Below, one piece after another: positions 38,618 through 54,360 of a stretch of DNA of 64,000 nucleotides. The notes below the pieces were generated by a model. The model was given only the letters and a program-made list of their open reading frames with translations, did not search any database and was not told the origin of the DNA. Origin of the DNA: Selaginella moellendorffii. Taxonomy: Eukaryota > Plantae > Lycopodiophyta. The stretch is from positions 1,131,247-1,195,246 of the forward strand of contig NW_003314268.1 of NCBI RefSeq assembly GCF_000143415.4. The letters run 5' to 3'. Positions within the stretch are counted from its first letter, which is position 1. Every line of letters begins with the position of its first letter. The position numbers and the translations under genes were made by a program.

Positions 38618-40851
38618 TCAGAAATAATCGTTGCATGAGCAGATGCCATTTCTAAAGACGTGCAGTCGGCTAGCATCCCTGCATACAATTTCTCTGCCCT
38701 CAACCTTAGAGATTCTGGCAGTGGCATTGTGACAGTCATCACAGACCCTGAGATTCTTCACGATTCTTATAGTTGTCCCAGGCTTGGAGTTGATTAAGGC
38801 ACATGCAATAGCCAACTTTTCACTGTGCCCACACAAGGCATCTTCCTTGGCAACACCTTCATCACTGGGAAAAACACCATTGATATCGGCCACATAACCT
38901 TCCACCTTGATTTTCCCCATAACCTCGTCAACCTTGCATGCAACGTCTCGATACTGCGGGTGATCTTTGCGACCCACCACAAAACTGTGAACTTTCCCTT
39001 TGTCATCTGTCCACCATGTCTGCCCGGGCTTCTTCCACGCCCTCACATCTTTCCTTGCCCTCAAAACCTCGTCCCTCTCCTTCAGCATTCCAGAGCTCGC
39101 ATAGATCCCCGCCATGAGCACGTAAGCCGCGGACACCTCCTTGTCCAATTTCAGCAGCGATTCAAACGCCAGCCTCCCTACGTCAACTTTCTTCCACTTC
39201 CGGCACGCCCCAAGCAGCGTCCTCCACAGGATAACATCGGGTTCCAGGCCGTGATCGTCTCTCATGCTCTTGATCAGCTCCAGTGCTTCATCAAAGAGAT
39301 TTGCCCGCCCGTAAAAATCCACCATGCACGTAAAGTGCTCCAGAGTCGGAGCCACGCCGTAAACCAGATGCCGGAGTCCATCGAACAGGTCTTTCGCCAG
39401 TCCAATACTTCCGGTGTGACTACAAGCGGTGAGCGCGAAGATGATGGTGATACCATTAACCAGGCCCTTGGCATCCATGGCTTGAAACCGGGATAACACA
39501 CTCTCGTAGTCTCCTTGTTGGCTATACCCTGAAAGAAGCGCGTTCCAAGCGGCCGAGTCTCTCGAGCTCTCAGGAATGGAGTCGAAAGCTTCCTGAGCTT
39601 CCCACATGGCGCCACACTTTGCGTAGAAATCCACAACGCAAGTGCCCGCGACCGGATTGTTCCGCAGCTGATGGTTCATCTTGATCTCCTTGTGGAGTTC
39701 CCTGCCGAGTTCCAGTCCCATGACATTGCCACAAGCTCTGAGAGCCACAGCGTAGCTCGTAGCATTCAGCTCGCACTCGAGACGGCACCGGCTCAAGAGC
39801 TCCAGAGCAGCCTCGCTCCTGCCGTTTTCGACGTATCCCAAGAGCAATGCGTTCCAAGTCACGATGTTCCTCGGTGCGGAGATCTTGTCAAACACCGCGC
39901 GAGCACGGGGCAGGTCACAAGATTTGGCGTACATATCCACCAGCGTTGTCGCCACAAAGATGTCACTCGCAAATCCCCGCTCCTCAGCCTGGGCATGGAT
40001 CTCCACGCCTCTCTCCAAAGCCATCCTCTTCACGGCCCGTCCCTGGACCTGCTTGGGCTCCTCTTTGCTCGCCAAGCCCGCGCAAGCCTTGAGAGCCGCA
40101 ACAAAACTTCTCGCATCCGGCTCGCAGCCCGATCTGTCAGGCATGCACGAAAACAGCTCCAGGGCGAGCTCGTTCTCGTTGTTCTGCGCGTAACCAAGGA
40201 TCATAGCGTTCCATGCAACGACATGACCGTGTAGCATCTTGCGGTTTTCGTCCAGGACCTTCCGAGCGTCCTCCAGCTTACCACACCTCGAGTACATGGT
40301 GATTACCGCTGTTGCTACGTACTTGTTGAGGAGATGCTCGCTCGCAGCTCTGAAGTGAAGCTCCCTTCCTTTCGCTGGATCGTTGCATCGTTTGAGCTCC
40401 GCCAAAACCTGGTTCCTGGCTTCGAAGTGCGCACTTAGCTGCTTTCTCGGTGGAGCTTCGTCTTGTGTAATGGAAAGCGTGGGAGCTTTTTCTCGCTGAA
40501 TGCTGCTTGTGTGCCGGTTCTGGGGGTGCGCTTCATGGGCTGTTTGAGAATTCAACACCTTGACAGCTCCGGTCACTCCTCCAACAAAAGCTGCTCGGAC
40601 ACCGCTAGAACAACTTTTGGGGGGTTTTCCCAAAGATTCAAGCTTGGCCTTCAGAGACTCTGGACAGGAACTTATGTAGAGCCCTTCACCAGAAACTGAG
40701 TGCTTAAATTCTGGATACCCTTTCCACTGCAAGCAGGAGAAAACCAACACTAACTTCTACAAAACAAGATCAAGAAGAGGCTTACATTCTTGCCTCTGTT
40801 GTCCCACCAGAGGGTTGGATCTTCGAAAAAACTGAGCCACCGATCGCACAT
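38618..40851 (-). CDS. PLS-class PPR-DYW cytidine deaminase with N-terminal OSB-like PDF motif (exons 40851-40786 and 40726-38618, ~724 aa)
   Basis: PPR repeats; PG box KKPGQTWWTD, HSEKLAIA, NLRVCDDCH, CSCNDYF; exon 1 MCDRWLSFFEDPTLWWDNRGKN joins in frame through a 59-nt GT-AG intron. Confidence 0.88.
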
Positions 40852-40935
40852 TCTTTGCTTAGAAGAAAAACACCTCGAGTTAAACCCTAAGACCTATACT
40901 TTGTACTAAAAAACGGTAATCAAGGTAAACGTCCA

Positions 40936-42447
40936 CTATGAACTTAAGTTTTGTCCTTCGACATCACCTAATTGTTTGACAATCTCTTCCACTGCATCCT
41001 CGTCCTTCAAAACCGTCGTGTGTGTCTTCCCTTGAAGTTCCACCACCTTTACTTGTTGGTCCCCGACTTTTTTCCACGAATCCACCACCCATCTCAAGCT
41101 GCACAAGTTGATCGTCCCGTCTCCATCTCCATACTCCATCTTGGGCTGGTAATCAAATCCCTGTTTCTCATACACCAGAGTCTCCGGTGTGTCCACTCCA
41201 ACGCCAAAAACCAAGCTCACTGGAACCCCTGGAGCAGCCAGTTCTTCCAAGAGTCCGGGAACTCTCGTCTTGTAGTGCTCGTATCCCCTCGAGTACCCAA
41301 TATCGTGGAAGAAGTCCTCCAGATCCGTCGCCGTGTAATTCCTTGACGATCCCACCACCAGCGTCTTGTTTCCAAAAACTTTGGGCGATGGCAGCAGCCA
41401 AAGGTTGCTCTCGCTGCTCCTTTGCTCGTCTCGCAGCACGAGAGGATCCAGAAAGTTGGCCCCTTCGGTGTATCCAGAGGCAAAGACTCGCATCTCTTGG
41501 ACGGAGCCACCCCATGGAGCTGACACTGCGATGAAGCGATGGATGAATCTCTTCTTCCAGGTGGAGCTCTGTAAGTTGAGAAAGTGGAGCACCCAGAGAC
41601 CACCGAGGCTGTGAGAGATTAGCGTCACTGGCGTGTTCTTGTTTGATCTCGAGGCTTTCTCCACCAAGTTTTTCAAGTCTTGGAGGAACTGGAGTGCCAC
41701 TTCCGCTGCGTTTGGCCCCGGAGCGTAGCGAAAGTCGTATGGAGCTCCAAAGAGAGTTTTCTGGGACTCGTAGCCTTTGGCTTTCAGTGCTGCCACCAAA
41801 GAATTCATGTAGCCAGATAGAAACCTGGAAAGAAAACCAGCTCGTATCAATCAAACTAAATCTATGAAAACACGAACGAAACAAAGACTTCTTGCTTGGG
41901 CGGAAGCTATGGCGAGAGCAAACAAGCAAAAGAAACCTTCAAAAGAACTTTGTGTAAGAAGCAAGAGAGAACTTCTACCAAAGAACTAAGAGAAAAACGC
42001 AAGAATGTAGGAAGACTAACTAAGAGAAAATGATGGAAAAACTTACTTGAAGGTTGGATCGAGGTACTCCATCGTCTCGGTGGAACCAAACCCAGGAACT
42101 CTGGTCGTGATCCCAGGAGGATTGTGAAACTTCTTACTCCCGCCATTGTACTCGAGCCTTATCCTCTCGGCAAAGCATGGTGTGAATGGAGGAATGATGC
42201 CAAGAACATTGAGCCATAGCCGGAACCAATGCGAGAACCCAAAAGTCCTACACACAAAGCGACTACCATGATAATCTCCACCAAGCTTAACTTCCAGCTG
42301 GTTCCCTCCAGCTCCAGGCACCAAGATCACCGGAGAGAGCCTAGGTTTCCTAGAAGAGGAAAGCGAAGAACTTGGAGGAGTTGTAGCGGCCGAGGCAGCG
42401 ATCTGGAAGGAGAGAGCCATTGCCAGACATTCTAAAAGAAAACCCAT
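40936..42447 (-). CDS. LCAT1: Lecithin:cholesterol acyltransferase-like 1 / phospholipase A (2 exons)
   Basis: Signal peptide, PVILVPGAGGNQLE, LFGAPYDFRY, nucleophile SHSLG, YGDGDGTIN, catalytic His region KTHTTVL. Confidence 0.88.
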
Positions 42448-42683
42448 ATCAAAAACTCCGAGACCCAAAGAAGAAAATCAATCTAAGAACACCTGGATCT
42501 CTTTCAAAGTTAAAGTCAAGAGCCCGCCGCGATTGATAGAAACCTTTCCTGAGAACTTAGATCGAAAAAGCTAGAAAACTGTGCCCTGCTGCTGCTCACA
42601 AAATTGCTGCTGCTGTAAAACGAGAGAAAAAAACGAACACTCCGGGAAAACTACGAGAGAACCTGTTGGTGTTGATGCTGTTG

Positions 42684-44958
42684 TTAGTCTCCACCACCCG
42701 AGTCTGCGAGCTCTTTTCTCTTCTGGTGCTCCAAAACCTTGCACGCTACGACGTTCCGGAACTCCTCCGCGGTGAGAACGCTGTCCTTGCTTCCATAGAC
42801 CGCTCCCTGGACGCTGGCTAGCAGCTTGGCAATCTCTCGCCCCGAGAATCCTTCCGTCATCTCCGCGGCCTCTCGAATCACGTCGTCGCTCACGTCCTTC
42901 ATCTCGATCTTGTGCTGCTGTGCCACGTACTGCTTCCAGCCTTTGGCGCCCTCCCCCGCTTGGACGATGTACTTGTCCAGGTAGAGGCGTATGAGCTTCT
43001 CTCGCTCCTCCAGTCCTGGAAGTGGAAACTCGAGTATCTCGTCGATCCTGTCCAGCACCGCCGCGTCAAGGTCTCCCGGACGGTTTGTAGCGAGCACCAG
43101 CACGATGTCCCTGGATTGGTCACCAGTGAGTGATAGAATCGCGTTGAGAGCACTGCGCTGGGCTTCACTCATCCGGGTTTTGTTGCGCCTGCATGAAGCT
43201 CACAATCATCAGCCAAAGAGAAAGCAGAAAAGCTTAAAGGTAAGGAGATCACGTACTCGCATAGGAAAGCATCGGCTTCGTCTATAAACAGCAGCAATCC
43301 TCTCCTTGTCTTCGATGCCCATCCAAACAGCTCGTGGATCTTTGTGACGGCTTGAGGACCAAGTGGAGCGACGTCTCCTCCGGTCATGACAGCATAGTCG
43401 AGACCCTGGATCCAAAACAAATCTCAGCTTAAAAACCACCAGACCATTAAACAACGTACCGAGTGCCTCGCTAGTTGCTTAGCAGCCATGGTTTTCCCCG
43501 TTCCAGGAGGGCCGTAAAAGATGATATTCCGGAACGGAGCCTGATGCTCCTTTGTATTAGCAGTGGCGAACGCGAGCTGCCTAATCCGCTGGTGTAACGT
43601 CGGAGGGAGAATAACTTCTCCAAAGCCATTGCTGCTTTTCGGGTCGGCTGGAGTCTTGGCCCATGGCATTACAGTCTTACGAGAAAATAGTCCCGACCAT
43701 GGATACTTTCCTCGTGAAGACTCGCGAACAAGAGACGGTTGGCCGAGAATTCGATCTACGTAACCCCAAAGAACACGAGCTCCCTCCCTGTTATAAGAAA
43801 CAAAGAAAACTGAATCTAGTCTCTGCTAAGAAGGAGAAAAGCTTTTGCATACCTAGTTGTATAGACACCGCCGGCCACTGCTACTACTCCACCAACAGCA
43901 ACTACAAGCTTATCCTGGTCCGTCAAAAGCGTTTTGATACCACCTACAAAACGAGAGCACGTAAGATCTGACCGTACAATGCCTGGCTAGAAAGAAGCTC
44001 TCACCTCCGATATGAGTGAAGACGGTGTTGATCGAAGCCAGCCACTTCTCCTTCTCGGAGTTGGCTCGCTCGACCAAAAGCCTCTTGTTGACGTCCTCCG
44101 CCAGCCGGGCTTCGTGAGCACGTCCCTCGGCCTCCGCCAAAGCTCTCACGCGAATGGTTTCTCTTTCAATCTCGGCTTTCTCCTTCTCGGTCTGGCGACG
44201 CTGCGCTTGTATGTGCTCCTCCGTCAATCGCCTCGCTTGCTCCTGGCGAACGGCAGACTCTTCCTGCATCTTCACCATCTCCGAGTTCCTCGCTCGTTGG
44301 GCTTCGTGTTCTGCCTGCGACAAAATCCCATAAGAACCGTGGAAGTCAAAAACCGAACGGACACATCACACCTGCATTCTTTTCCTCGCGAGCTCGTCCT
44401 CGTAGCGCGAGATTTGAGCTTTAGTCTGCGCTTGCTGTTGGACAAGCTTCTTTTGCTCCTCGTACATCACCCGTTGTCTATCCTGCAAGAAATCACCGCA
44501 TCAGCACCGGACAAACTTTTGCTTCCAAAAACTTCAGCTTGAAGAAAGAACTTACAGTCTCGTGCTGGGCTTGAACTGCTTGAAATTCGGCTCTCCTCGT
44601 CGCTTCTTCCGCTTGCCGACTATCTTCTTGTTTCCTCATTAGCTCAAACACCTATAAGGAAAAGAGAGTCCGATCGATGAAGATCGAGAGGAGAGGGGAA
44701 AAAATGCCAAACCTTTTTCGAATGCGGGGAGCTATTGATCTCCCGGAGCGCCTTGGCCCCTCGCTCCAGCGCCTCCGGATCGAAGCCAGCAGCAGTGGTC
44801 CTGGGATTATCATTCCGGGGCTTGGAATACTCCTCGCGCTGCTGCACCACGCTCTCATCCTGACTCTTCTCCGCCATCGCCGTGGGCGCGCGGCGGAACA
44901 GGAAGAACATCCCTGCTGTGGCGCCCGCGGACTGATACAAGGCGCTGTATTTCCCCAT
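42684..44958 (-). CDS. ATAD3: ATPase family AAA domain-containing protein 3 (mitochondrial)
   Basis: [17 protein letters not shown], coiled coil, Walker A GPPGTGKT, Walker [32 protein letters not shown]. Confidence 0.93.
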
Positions 44959-45127
44959 CTCTCCCGGCGCGCTCGAGACCTAATGCGATTAGGTCATCAA
45001 GGGTATAGGGTTTTAGAGGTTTAGCCAAGATCTTTCGCAAAACCATCTTTACTACCTTTAAGATAACTCGATAAGATCCTCCGTACGACCTATATGGAAT
45101 TAGGTTTTTCATCTGAGACTTGGGAGT

Positions 45128-47138
<2,011 letters not shown>

Positions 47139-47725
47139 TCATCGCTGGTTCTCATCGCAATTTAAACCAACAACGTAGCAATGGAAATCATGTGGTATAA
47201 CGCCTCTCTTTGGAGATTGAATGAAAAATTACTCACGCCAAGGACGATGGAGCTCTAGAAAATCGCTCAAACGAAAGCTACTTTACAAAACTTTAGTTTG
47301 GTGCTTCTTCTTCTTCCTTCTTCTTCTTCTTCTATCTTTCTATCTTTCTTTTTCCTCGATCGTTGTAGTTCGCTGCGTCTCCACCCAAGCTCTGCCACCA
47401 TTCCAGAAACCAACAATCAAATGGAAAATTCGCCAATGGTACTCTGGCGATGCTGCAAATATTCCCGTGACTGCCTGCTAAAATTCCTTCCCCTTGGCAG
47501 AGACAAGCAGAAGCGAGCTAAGCTCCAAGAATCAAAATGGAAGAGTCTACACAAAAAGGTTTCTACACAAAGAGGTTTTTCAGTGTTTGATAAGTGGTAC
47601 ATAACAGGCATTGATCAATGGCCTCGTCGATAACATTTTGCTGTGATCCATGGGGTCAAATCCATTAGCATTGGCCCCCAAGAATAGTTGTATGGTTCGT
47701 CCAAAAAAACGTAACTTCTGTTTTG

Positions 47726-48895
47726 TTAGTGCGCCAGAGCTCCGTTCACCTGCTTGCCAATCTTCTGGACGTGGTGTGTGCACATTCCATTGAGCTTCTT
47801 GACTCCATTGGCTCCATTGGCACCACCGAGTAGCTTGCGAACTTCGTTTGCGAGCTCAATCAGTTCGTCCTCGGCACATCCTGGATTTTTGGAACGCATT
47901 GTCATTTTCCAGTAGAGAAAAAAGAGATTTTTTTTTTTTCTTGTTTCATTACCAATCTCGCAGAGTGCTTCCTCTAAGCGAAACAGGTACTCGTAGTTTG
48001 GACCGGAGGGTCCGACAGCTCTAGCAATTTGGCTGCAAGACGTTTTCATAGTCAGAAAACTACTATCTGGGAAAAAGAGAGAACGAAAAACACGAAAAGC
48101 ACCTGGCCATGTCCTCAATCGGTGCTGGACCAAGGTAGTATTTATTGTTTTGCTTGTTCTGCGAGCCAATATATCTGGAAGATGAAAGTCCAAGAGAAAA
48201 ATCAGTACTCTTCGAAGAATCCACCAAAAGCTAGATTCTCACACTAAAACTCCACGGAGGGCTGGCTGCGCTGGCGAGTCCACCTGCACGGCACGGAGCA
48301 CGAAAACATCCGATCAGCGAGATGCTCTATAGGAACGATCAAAGCTTTTTTTGTGTGTGATTCATTGGTTCTTACTGTGTAAAAGTCAATGTAGGCTCTT
48401 ACGTCATACTCTTTCTCCCGGAGCTCCAAATACTGAACACGAAAGAGCAGCAAACTGTTACGCACTTGTAATGTCAACGCTTTGCGGAACAAATGGGACT
48501 GGGAAAAAGTTTTCTACCGACAAAACAAGCTCCTCGGAATCTTTGCCAGAAACTCGGTACGCAGCCCCCCACTGTTAAGAAAATTCATCAGTGCTTGCCA
48601 GTTGCGGAAGCAAGGATTTTAGAGTTTCTTACACAAATGGATTCTTCCTTGGGGAGAAGGGTCACACACCTCCCGGGATTCTCAGGAGTTCCTCTATGAT
48701 CAGTGTTACCTGGAAAAAAAAAGAAAGACAAAACTCGTGTAAGTTCTAGAATCACGCCAACAACGATTCACAGCAGTCGAGAGTACCTTGGTAGAACACG
48801 CGCTGGTAGCCTTTGATGTAGCCAACAACACGCTCGTCGTAATTGAATCCAGCCCTCCACACCAGAGATCCATAGCCGAAAACCCATAGTACCAT
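47726..48895 (-). CDS. ChaC-like gamma-glutamylcyclotransferase (GGCT2 family)
   Basis: [51 protein letters not shown]. Confidence 0.9.
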
Positions 48896-49959
48896 TCTCT
48901 TTCCCTTAACTCGGGGGTTTTCTCCTCCAATCGCCTAGAACAAAGGATTTGGAGAGCTGTGAGTAAGAAGCCCGGGCGGCGCACGAGATTTGCGTGAGTC
49001 AGGGCACAATGCGAGCTAGAGAGAGCGCGGCCCTGGCCAAGAACAAGACAATCGGCATGCATAGAATCGAAATCGCGACCATACCGGGCAGATTTGTGGA
49101 GCTCCACTACAGATCTCGCGTCTCGCTTGCTATAGCGCCATCAATCCCTCGCCGGGAAGCCTAGAAAAGAAGAGGAGATCGCCGCCAAAACCCACATTCA
49201 AGGCGCTGGAATCGAATCGCGTTGCGCAGGGAGCCGAGAGGAGGAGTAGCAAATCTCCCTCCCGATCGATTGGACGAATCAATCGACCAAGGGGGCACGC
49301 GTTTTTGCGCTCTCCCTATACCCTGCCTCCTTTTAATACTAAAAGGTCTCCCGGGGTTTCACAAATGACCTACCCGTACCGCGTACGGACTAGCCACCGG
49401 GAACTTCCGTACCGACCGGGTGGCGTGGTTCACGTGTTCTTGGCCGTCCGTACTCCCTGATTGTGGAAAGTGACCAAAGGGGCTTGTGTTTTTTGTGGCT
49501 GGGGCTGCTCTATTGAAGGCCGATGCTTTTGGATCGATTCCATGGACGTATGTTGGATGTTAAAGGATCAAACTAAAATATCGCTGGCATCAAGTTTGTA
49601 ATATAACGATTTCTATGAGTATCTCTTACAGGTAGCAAAACAGTGACAGTGTTCATCCAGACACGCAAGAGCGATGTTTTCCGGATTATGCTTTGAAACT
49701 TTCCAACTTCCAGTGTCCAATTTGCGGCCGATTCGACTCATATTGACTTGTCAAAGTTGGAGTCAAAGGGAGTCAAGTTCAAACGCAGTCGGGTCATGAA
49801 ATCGTTTTTTTACCAGAATCCCATCATTTTGCTTCCAATGAACCTGGACGATATTGAGACCAGGTTCGTGATCCAGGTGTACATTAGGGCCATGTTCATT
49901 GCATCCACTACACCTGGACGGAGGGCACGTCCATGTACATCCCGTACGATTTTTGCCAC

Positions 49960-51014
49960 TTAGTCGTCCAGCACTTCAGCCTCCACGTCCACTATCGCAC
50001 CACTTGAATCTTCCAGGAGAACATCGACTTTGATTAGAGGACCGAATAAAAGCGTAAGAAAACGATACCATCTTCATCAACGTATGAAGTCCGCGTCTCG
50101 TTTCGCTGGCTTGGGTTATAAAAACTCGGCCCGTCTCTGACGAAAACTTTGTTGTCGACTGGAAACGCAATCGGAATTGTCATGATCGAAAGGAGCACGG
50201 AGGATTTTAATACCTTTGAATGGTTGTGTGCAGTATGGGCAGAGCTGGAGCTCGTCCTTGACTGCGAATCTGTTGACACGGTGATTCCCTGGTGCCAGGA
50301 ACTTTAAAGAAAACTTACTCAAAGACTTGGAACTCGTTGCCACAGTTGGGACACTGCGAGGAAAAGGAACTGGGAAAGCGTTAGCTCGCAAGAAAGACAA
50401 TCCAGAGTTTGAAGCGTGCAAAAAGAGAGGCTTACATTACCCGTAATAATCTCCCGCTCCACAAACCAGAAGTACGCAACCAAAGCAACAAGAGGGGCAA
50501 GAATGAAAAAGAGCTGCAAAAAAAAAAAAAAAAAAAAAGTCAAATTGGCTAGAAAAGAAAGAAAGAGAAAGCGAAAGAAATCGAAGGGAATTCGATTCTT
50601 CTCAGTTCTTACCCAGAGAGAGATCACAGCATCAAAAATCCATCCAAGCTTGCCAGTGACGGTGAGATACGCTAGAGCGCCAGTGATTGCAGCATTGAGG
50701 ACCATTCCACCGACATTGGTGCCACCACCATTTCTTTTCCCTCCATTGCCGGAATCATCGAATCTAAACTTCGCTGTCAGCCTTGCTAATCGTACTTGCC
50801 TGCTGCTAGTAGCCAATCCCAGCCCGACTCCACTAGTGCTATTGCCGTGGCGGCGCAGCGATGCCAGGCAGCAAACATTCTTGGCTGATGCTGCCCCGGC
50901 TCTGGATTGAAACCCTAGACCGACCTTGATGGCAAAATCTTCCCGAGGAGGAGAGTCTCTAGCTCCAGCTCGAGCTGCCGCAGCACCTTGCCACAGCCAA
51001 TCCAGCGACGCCAT
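49960..51014 (-). CDS. Conserved, probably plastid-targeted membrane protein with CPNC/CPYC zinc finger
   Basis: Transit-like N-terminus, YLTVTGKLGWIFDAVISLW, second TM helix, CPNCGNEFQ, QLCPYCTQPF, C-terminal DVEAEVLDD*. Confidence 0.75.
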
Positions 51015-53699
51015 GGAAAAGAAACGACGTAGCCCTAGACAGCGATGTATCAAATTCCTCCATGGCGCCAAAGGTTTAACATTATCCACAAGTTCGGTCA
51101 GAAATTTAAGAAAGTTGACTTATTGTGACAATGTATTTATTATAACTCTAATAAGTGTATAATTAACATATCTACATTTGCATCATATAGTAGAGTTAAT
51201 CTTCACTGTCTATAGCAACAACTATATGCATATGTGTAAGATAAGACAAATTTAATTGTGTGATCATGAGCTTGAATTTCAATTGTTACAAATAATGCTA
51301 AGTTAAAAATTTAACCATGTTTTTATATGAACTTGTTACATGATTCTTTGATTTAAATAATGGTTTTGCAACTTTCAAGTGGATAATGGGCAAGTTTCTC
51401 TATAATATGTTAGAAATGACTACTAATTTCATTATTGATGTTTTGATTCACTCAAAGGGGATATAATAAGAGTATATATGTTTGTAATATTCAAAAGTTG
51501 TTAAATCAATTGTGTAAAACTAATTTAAAACTAAAGCAGTCTAATTGTTTGTTTAGATCCCAAGATTTATCTTGGGTATTGCATTTCTTGTTGATCCTAG
51601 TAAACTTATAGTTGTTTTAAAGTTTGATAGTTAGAATCAATTATAATTTCCCCTTTATTTGTGTTAATAGTTTCAATATTTTTTGTCTAGAGTGGATCAA
51701 ACAATGATTCCATGTGTATGCTTGAAGCATTCTATATCTTGGCATCTTAACTAAGGATACACCACATTTTTATGTGTTAATCATTCACAAAATGATGGTT
51801 TAATGAAACAATTCATTATAACCTTTAAAGGGATGATTGCAAAGTATATAAAATTTTAATATTTAAATTAGGATGGTTATTTGTCATCCTTTTAGCTTGC
51901 AAATGTAATAGTGGTGAAAGTTTTGTTAATGTTTCATTATATAAACTCTTATATGGTTATAATTTTATATTGTTAATGGAGTTAATTTATCTTTACAATT
52001 GCCACAAGTTGATAATGCTAGATTTTGGGATTAATATAAAAAAAAGCATTCTTGGAATTGTCCAAGTGCAGTTTATTAAACACTTAAACTATAAGTGGAA
52101 CAATAATAGCATTATAACTCTCACCTACAAAGTATAAAATAAATATTTTAGTGTTATTTCTTCATCCCAATTTTACAGTATATGGTTTTTTTAAAAGGTT
52201 CTTTACTTAATGGAAGGGATCATATCAAGTATTATAATAAGTTGGGTTACATATTTATAATGTTTAACATGACATTTAGTAAACCAATCCTTCAAAAAAA
52301 TATTTATACATATATATAGACACACATACACACATACATATCACTTTACAAAAAAATCATAAATAAATTATATTATCTATGGATGCACTGATGCCTCCTC
52401 TTGATATTATTTTAACATTGATTAAATAATTTTAATTGCCTCTCATCCTTCAAGAAAAAGCTATATTATGGTATATTAATATTAGTGTAGTGAGATTTTA
52501 ATAGCAATTAAATTGGATTCAATTTGAACCAAAGTAATACAAATGACTATATAATTTAATTATATATTTCCCACATAGTTGCAAAACTAAATTTTCAAAT
52601 TTTTATGTTTAGTGTGGTCATACTAAAGTTGCATTAGGTCTTTTTTCTACAATGAAGTGCTAAAGATTAGCTAAATAAAAATTTAAAATATGCCAATATC
52701 TTATGTTAAGTTCATTTTTGAAATGATAGTTGTTTTGGTATGTAATGTTCAATGTAGACATCTATATTGAATCTACTTAAAAGCAAATTTGTGATTTTTG
52801 TACCCCTTTAATTTATGAAATAGATTTTTTATTTTATTCTCCTTACTAACTTTTTAATTTATTTTAGCAACAACAAAAGTTCAAACATTGGGAGTGCATT
52901 TTTCTTCTTTTCTCATCTGGTATAAAATGCTTTATAATGAACATTATGAAATGTTTCTTTTCTATAATATCATAATAGCAACTCACTTTTTAATATGCAA
53001 TTATGTTTTAAACTATATAAACCTTTATTCAAAGAAATTTCATTATAAATTCAATTAAAAATTATAGATTGTTCAAAATGAAATTCATGAAACTTTATTT
53101 GTAGAATTCAAGATTCAAAGAATTCAATTCAGAATTGCATGATGAAAATTTTGTTAAAATTCTTTATAAAAATATTGCATTAATTAATTGAGCTCAATGC
53201 TCTAGGGCACCCTAATCTCAAAGTTGAGCCCCAAACTCGAGTTGGGAAACCTATAATGCATGCTCTTAATGTTCACAATATTGAATGAGGAAATGAATTG
53301 GATCATTAGATTAGCCAATTAAGCACTTGGCTTCGACCACTTAGAGCCTCCTGATCCATATGCAAACTGAGCAACTCAGTAAAAGAGAGGAGAGATCAGA
53401 AAAAAAAAGCCACTACCTAAGTGTTCCATGAGCTCCAAAATGTTTGGATGTTTGGATTGTTGCATATGATCTAAACAAACTAATTAGTCTTCTAAGCATA
53501 AAAAGAAGACAATAAAATAAAGCTCATAGATGGGTTGCTTGTGATCTAAACAAACCAATTAGTCTTACAAAAAAAAAAAAAAGACTAAAAAACTAATCTG
53601 ATCACTATGGACATCTAAACCTCTTTAACATGTCAATCAAACTTGTCACAATAAAGTCATTCTCACTGCTCATTGTCAACCCTGGATCAATTACATTGC

Positions 53700-54360
53700 C
53701 ACACACCTAATTGTAGGGACGAAACTATAGAGCGATCTCCTTTTATCCACATAGCTCGGCATGAAGAAACGACGCTGTGCCAGGGCATGCGATTGATGGA
53801 GGAGGAGGGCGTCTCTCTGTGTGACTAGGGTTTGTGGATGGACCTGGACGAGCTTCACGAATTTGTTTCTATATATCTTGCATGTTGCAAGTGAATCGGC
53901 AAACAAATCGGTGAGCATTTGTGATAGGAGTGGAAATACTGGCTAGCGTACAAGAGGTCTAATACGTGTACTGGTGAAAGGCAGACCACCAAGAAGAACT
54001 TAGAGCAAGAGAGACAATTTCGTCTAATAAAAAGTTTTCTTAAGATTATTTTTTTATTTTCCAATTCATAAACACTAGGAAATCTTAGCCATTGATTACT
54101 TGAGAAGATTTAATTCTCAACCATAACAGAGAACATTCTTAGAATATGCCCAAAACTTGAACAAGAAGTTGAAGAGTCAACATCCTTGCAATATTCGATC
54201 AGATTTATGAGCTTACACGCCTACTGTTTATCTACTATTCAAGTCAATCTACCCTAATACAAATCATAATTGGAGAGCAGGACAGAAAGACATGTATACA
54301 AGACAAGAAGCACGAAGATTTGTGTTACAGCCCACGCATAGATTCCAGTCACAGGTGAAT
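53700..54360 (-). mobile_element. Highly degenerate L1-like RT remnant
   Basis: Ordered faint matches DW...CNTNLR, IEYCKDVDS..NFLFK and VR*PVFPLL to RT motifs; many stops. Confidence 0.3.

Noticed and set aside
38825-40234. Long antisense ORFs over the PPR-DYW gene (likewise over BAHD, LCAT and XYLT)
   Set aside because: Expected shadows of GC-rich coding sequence
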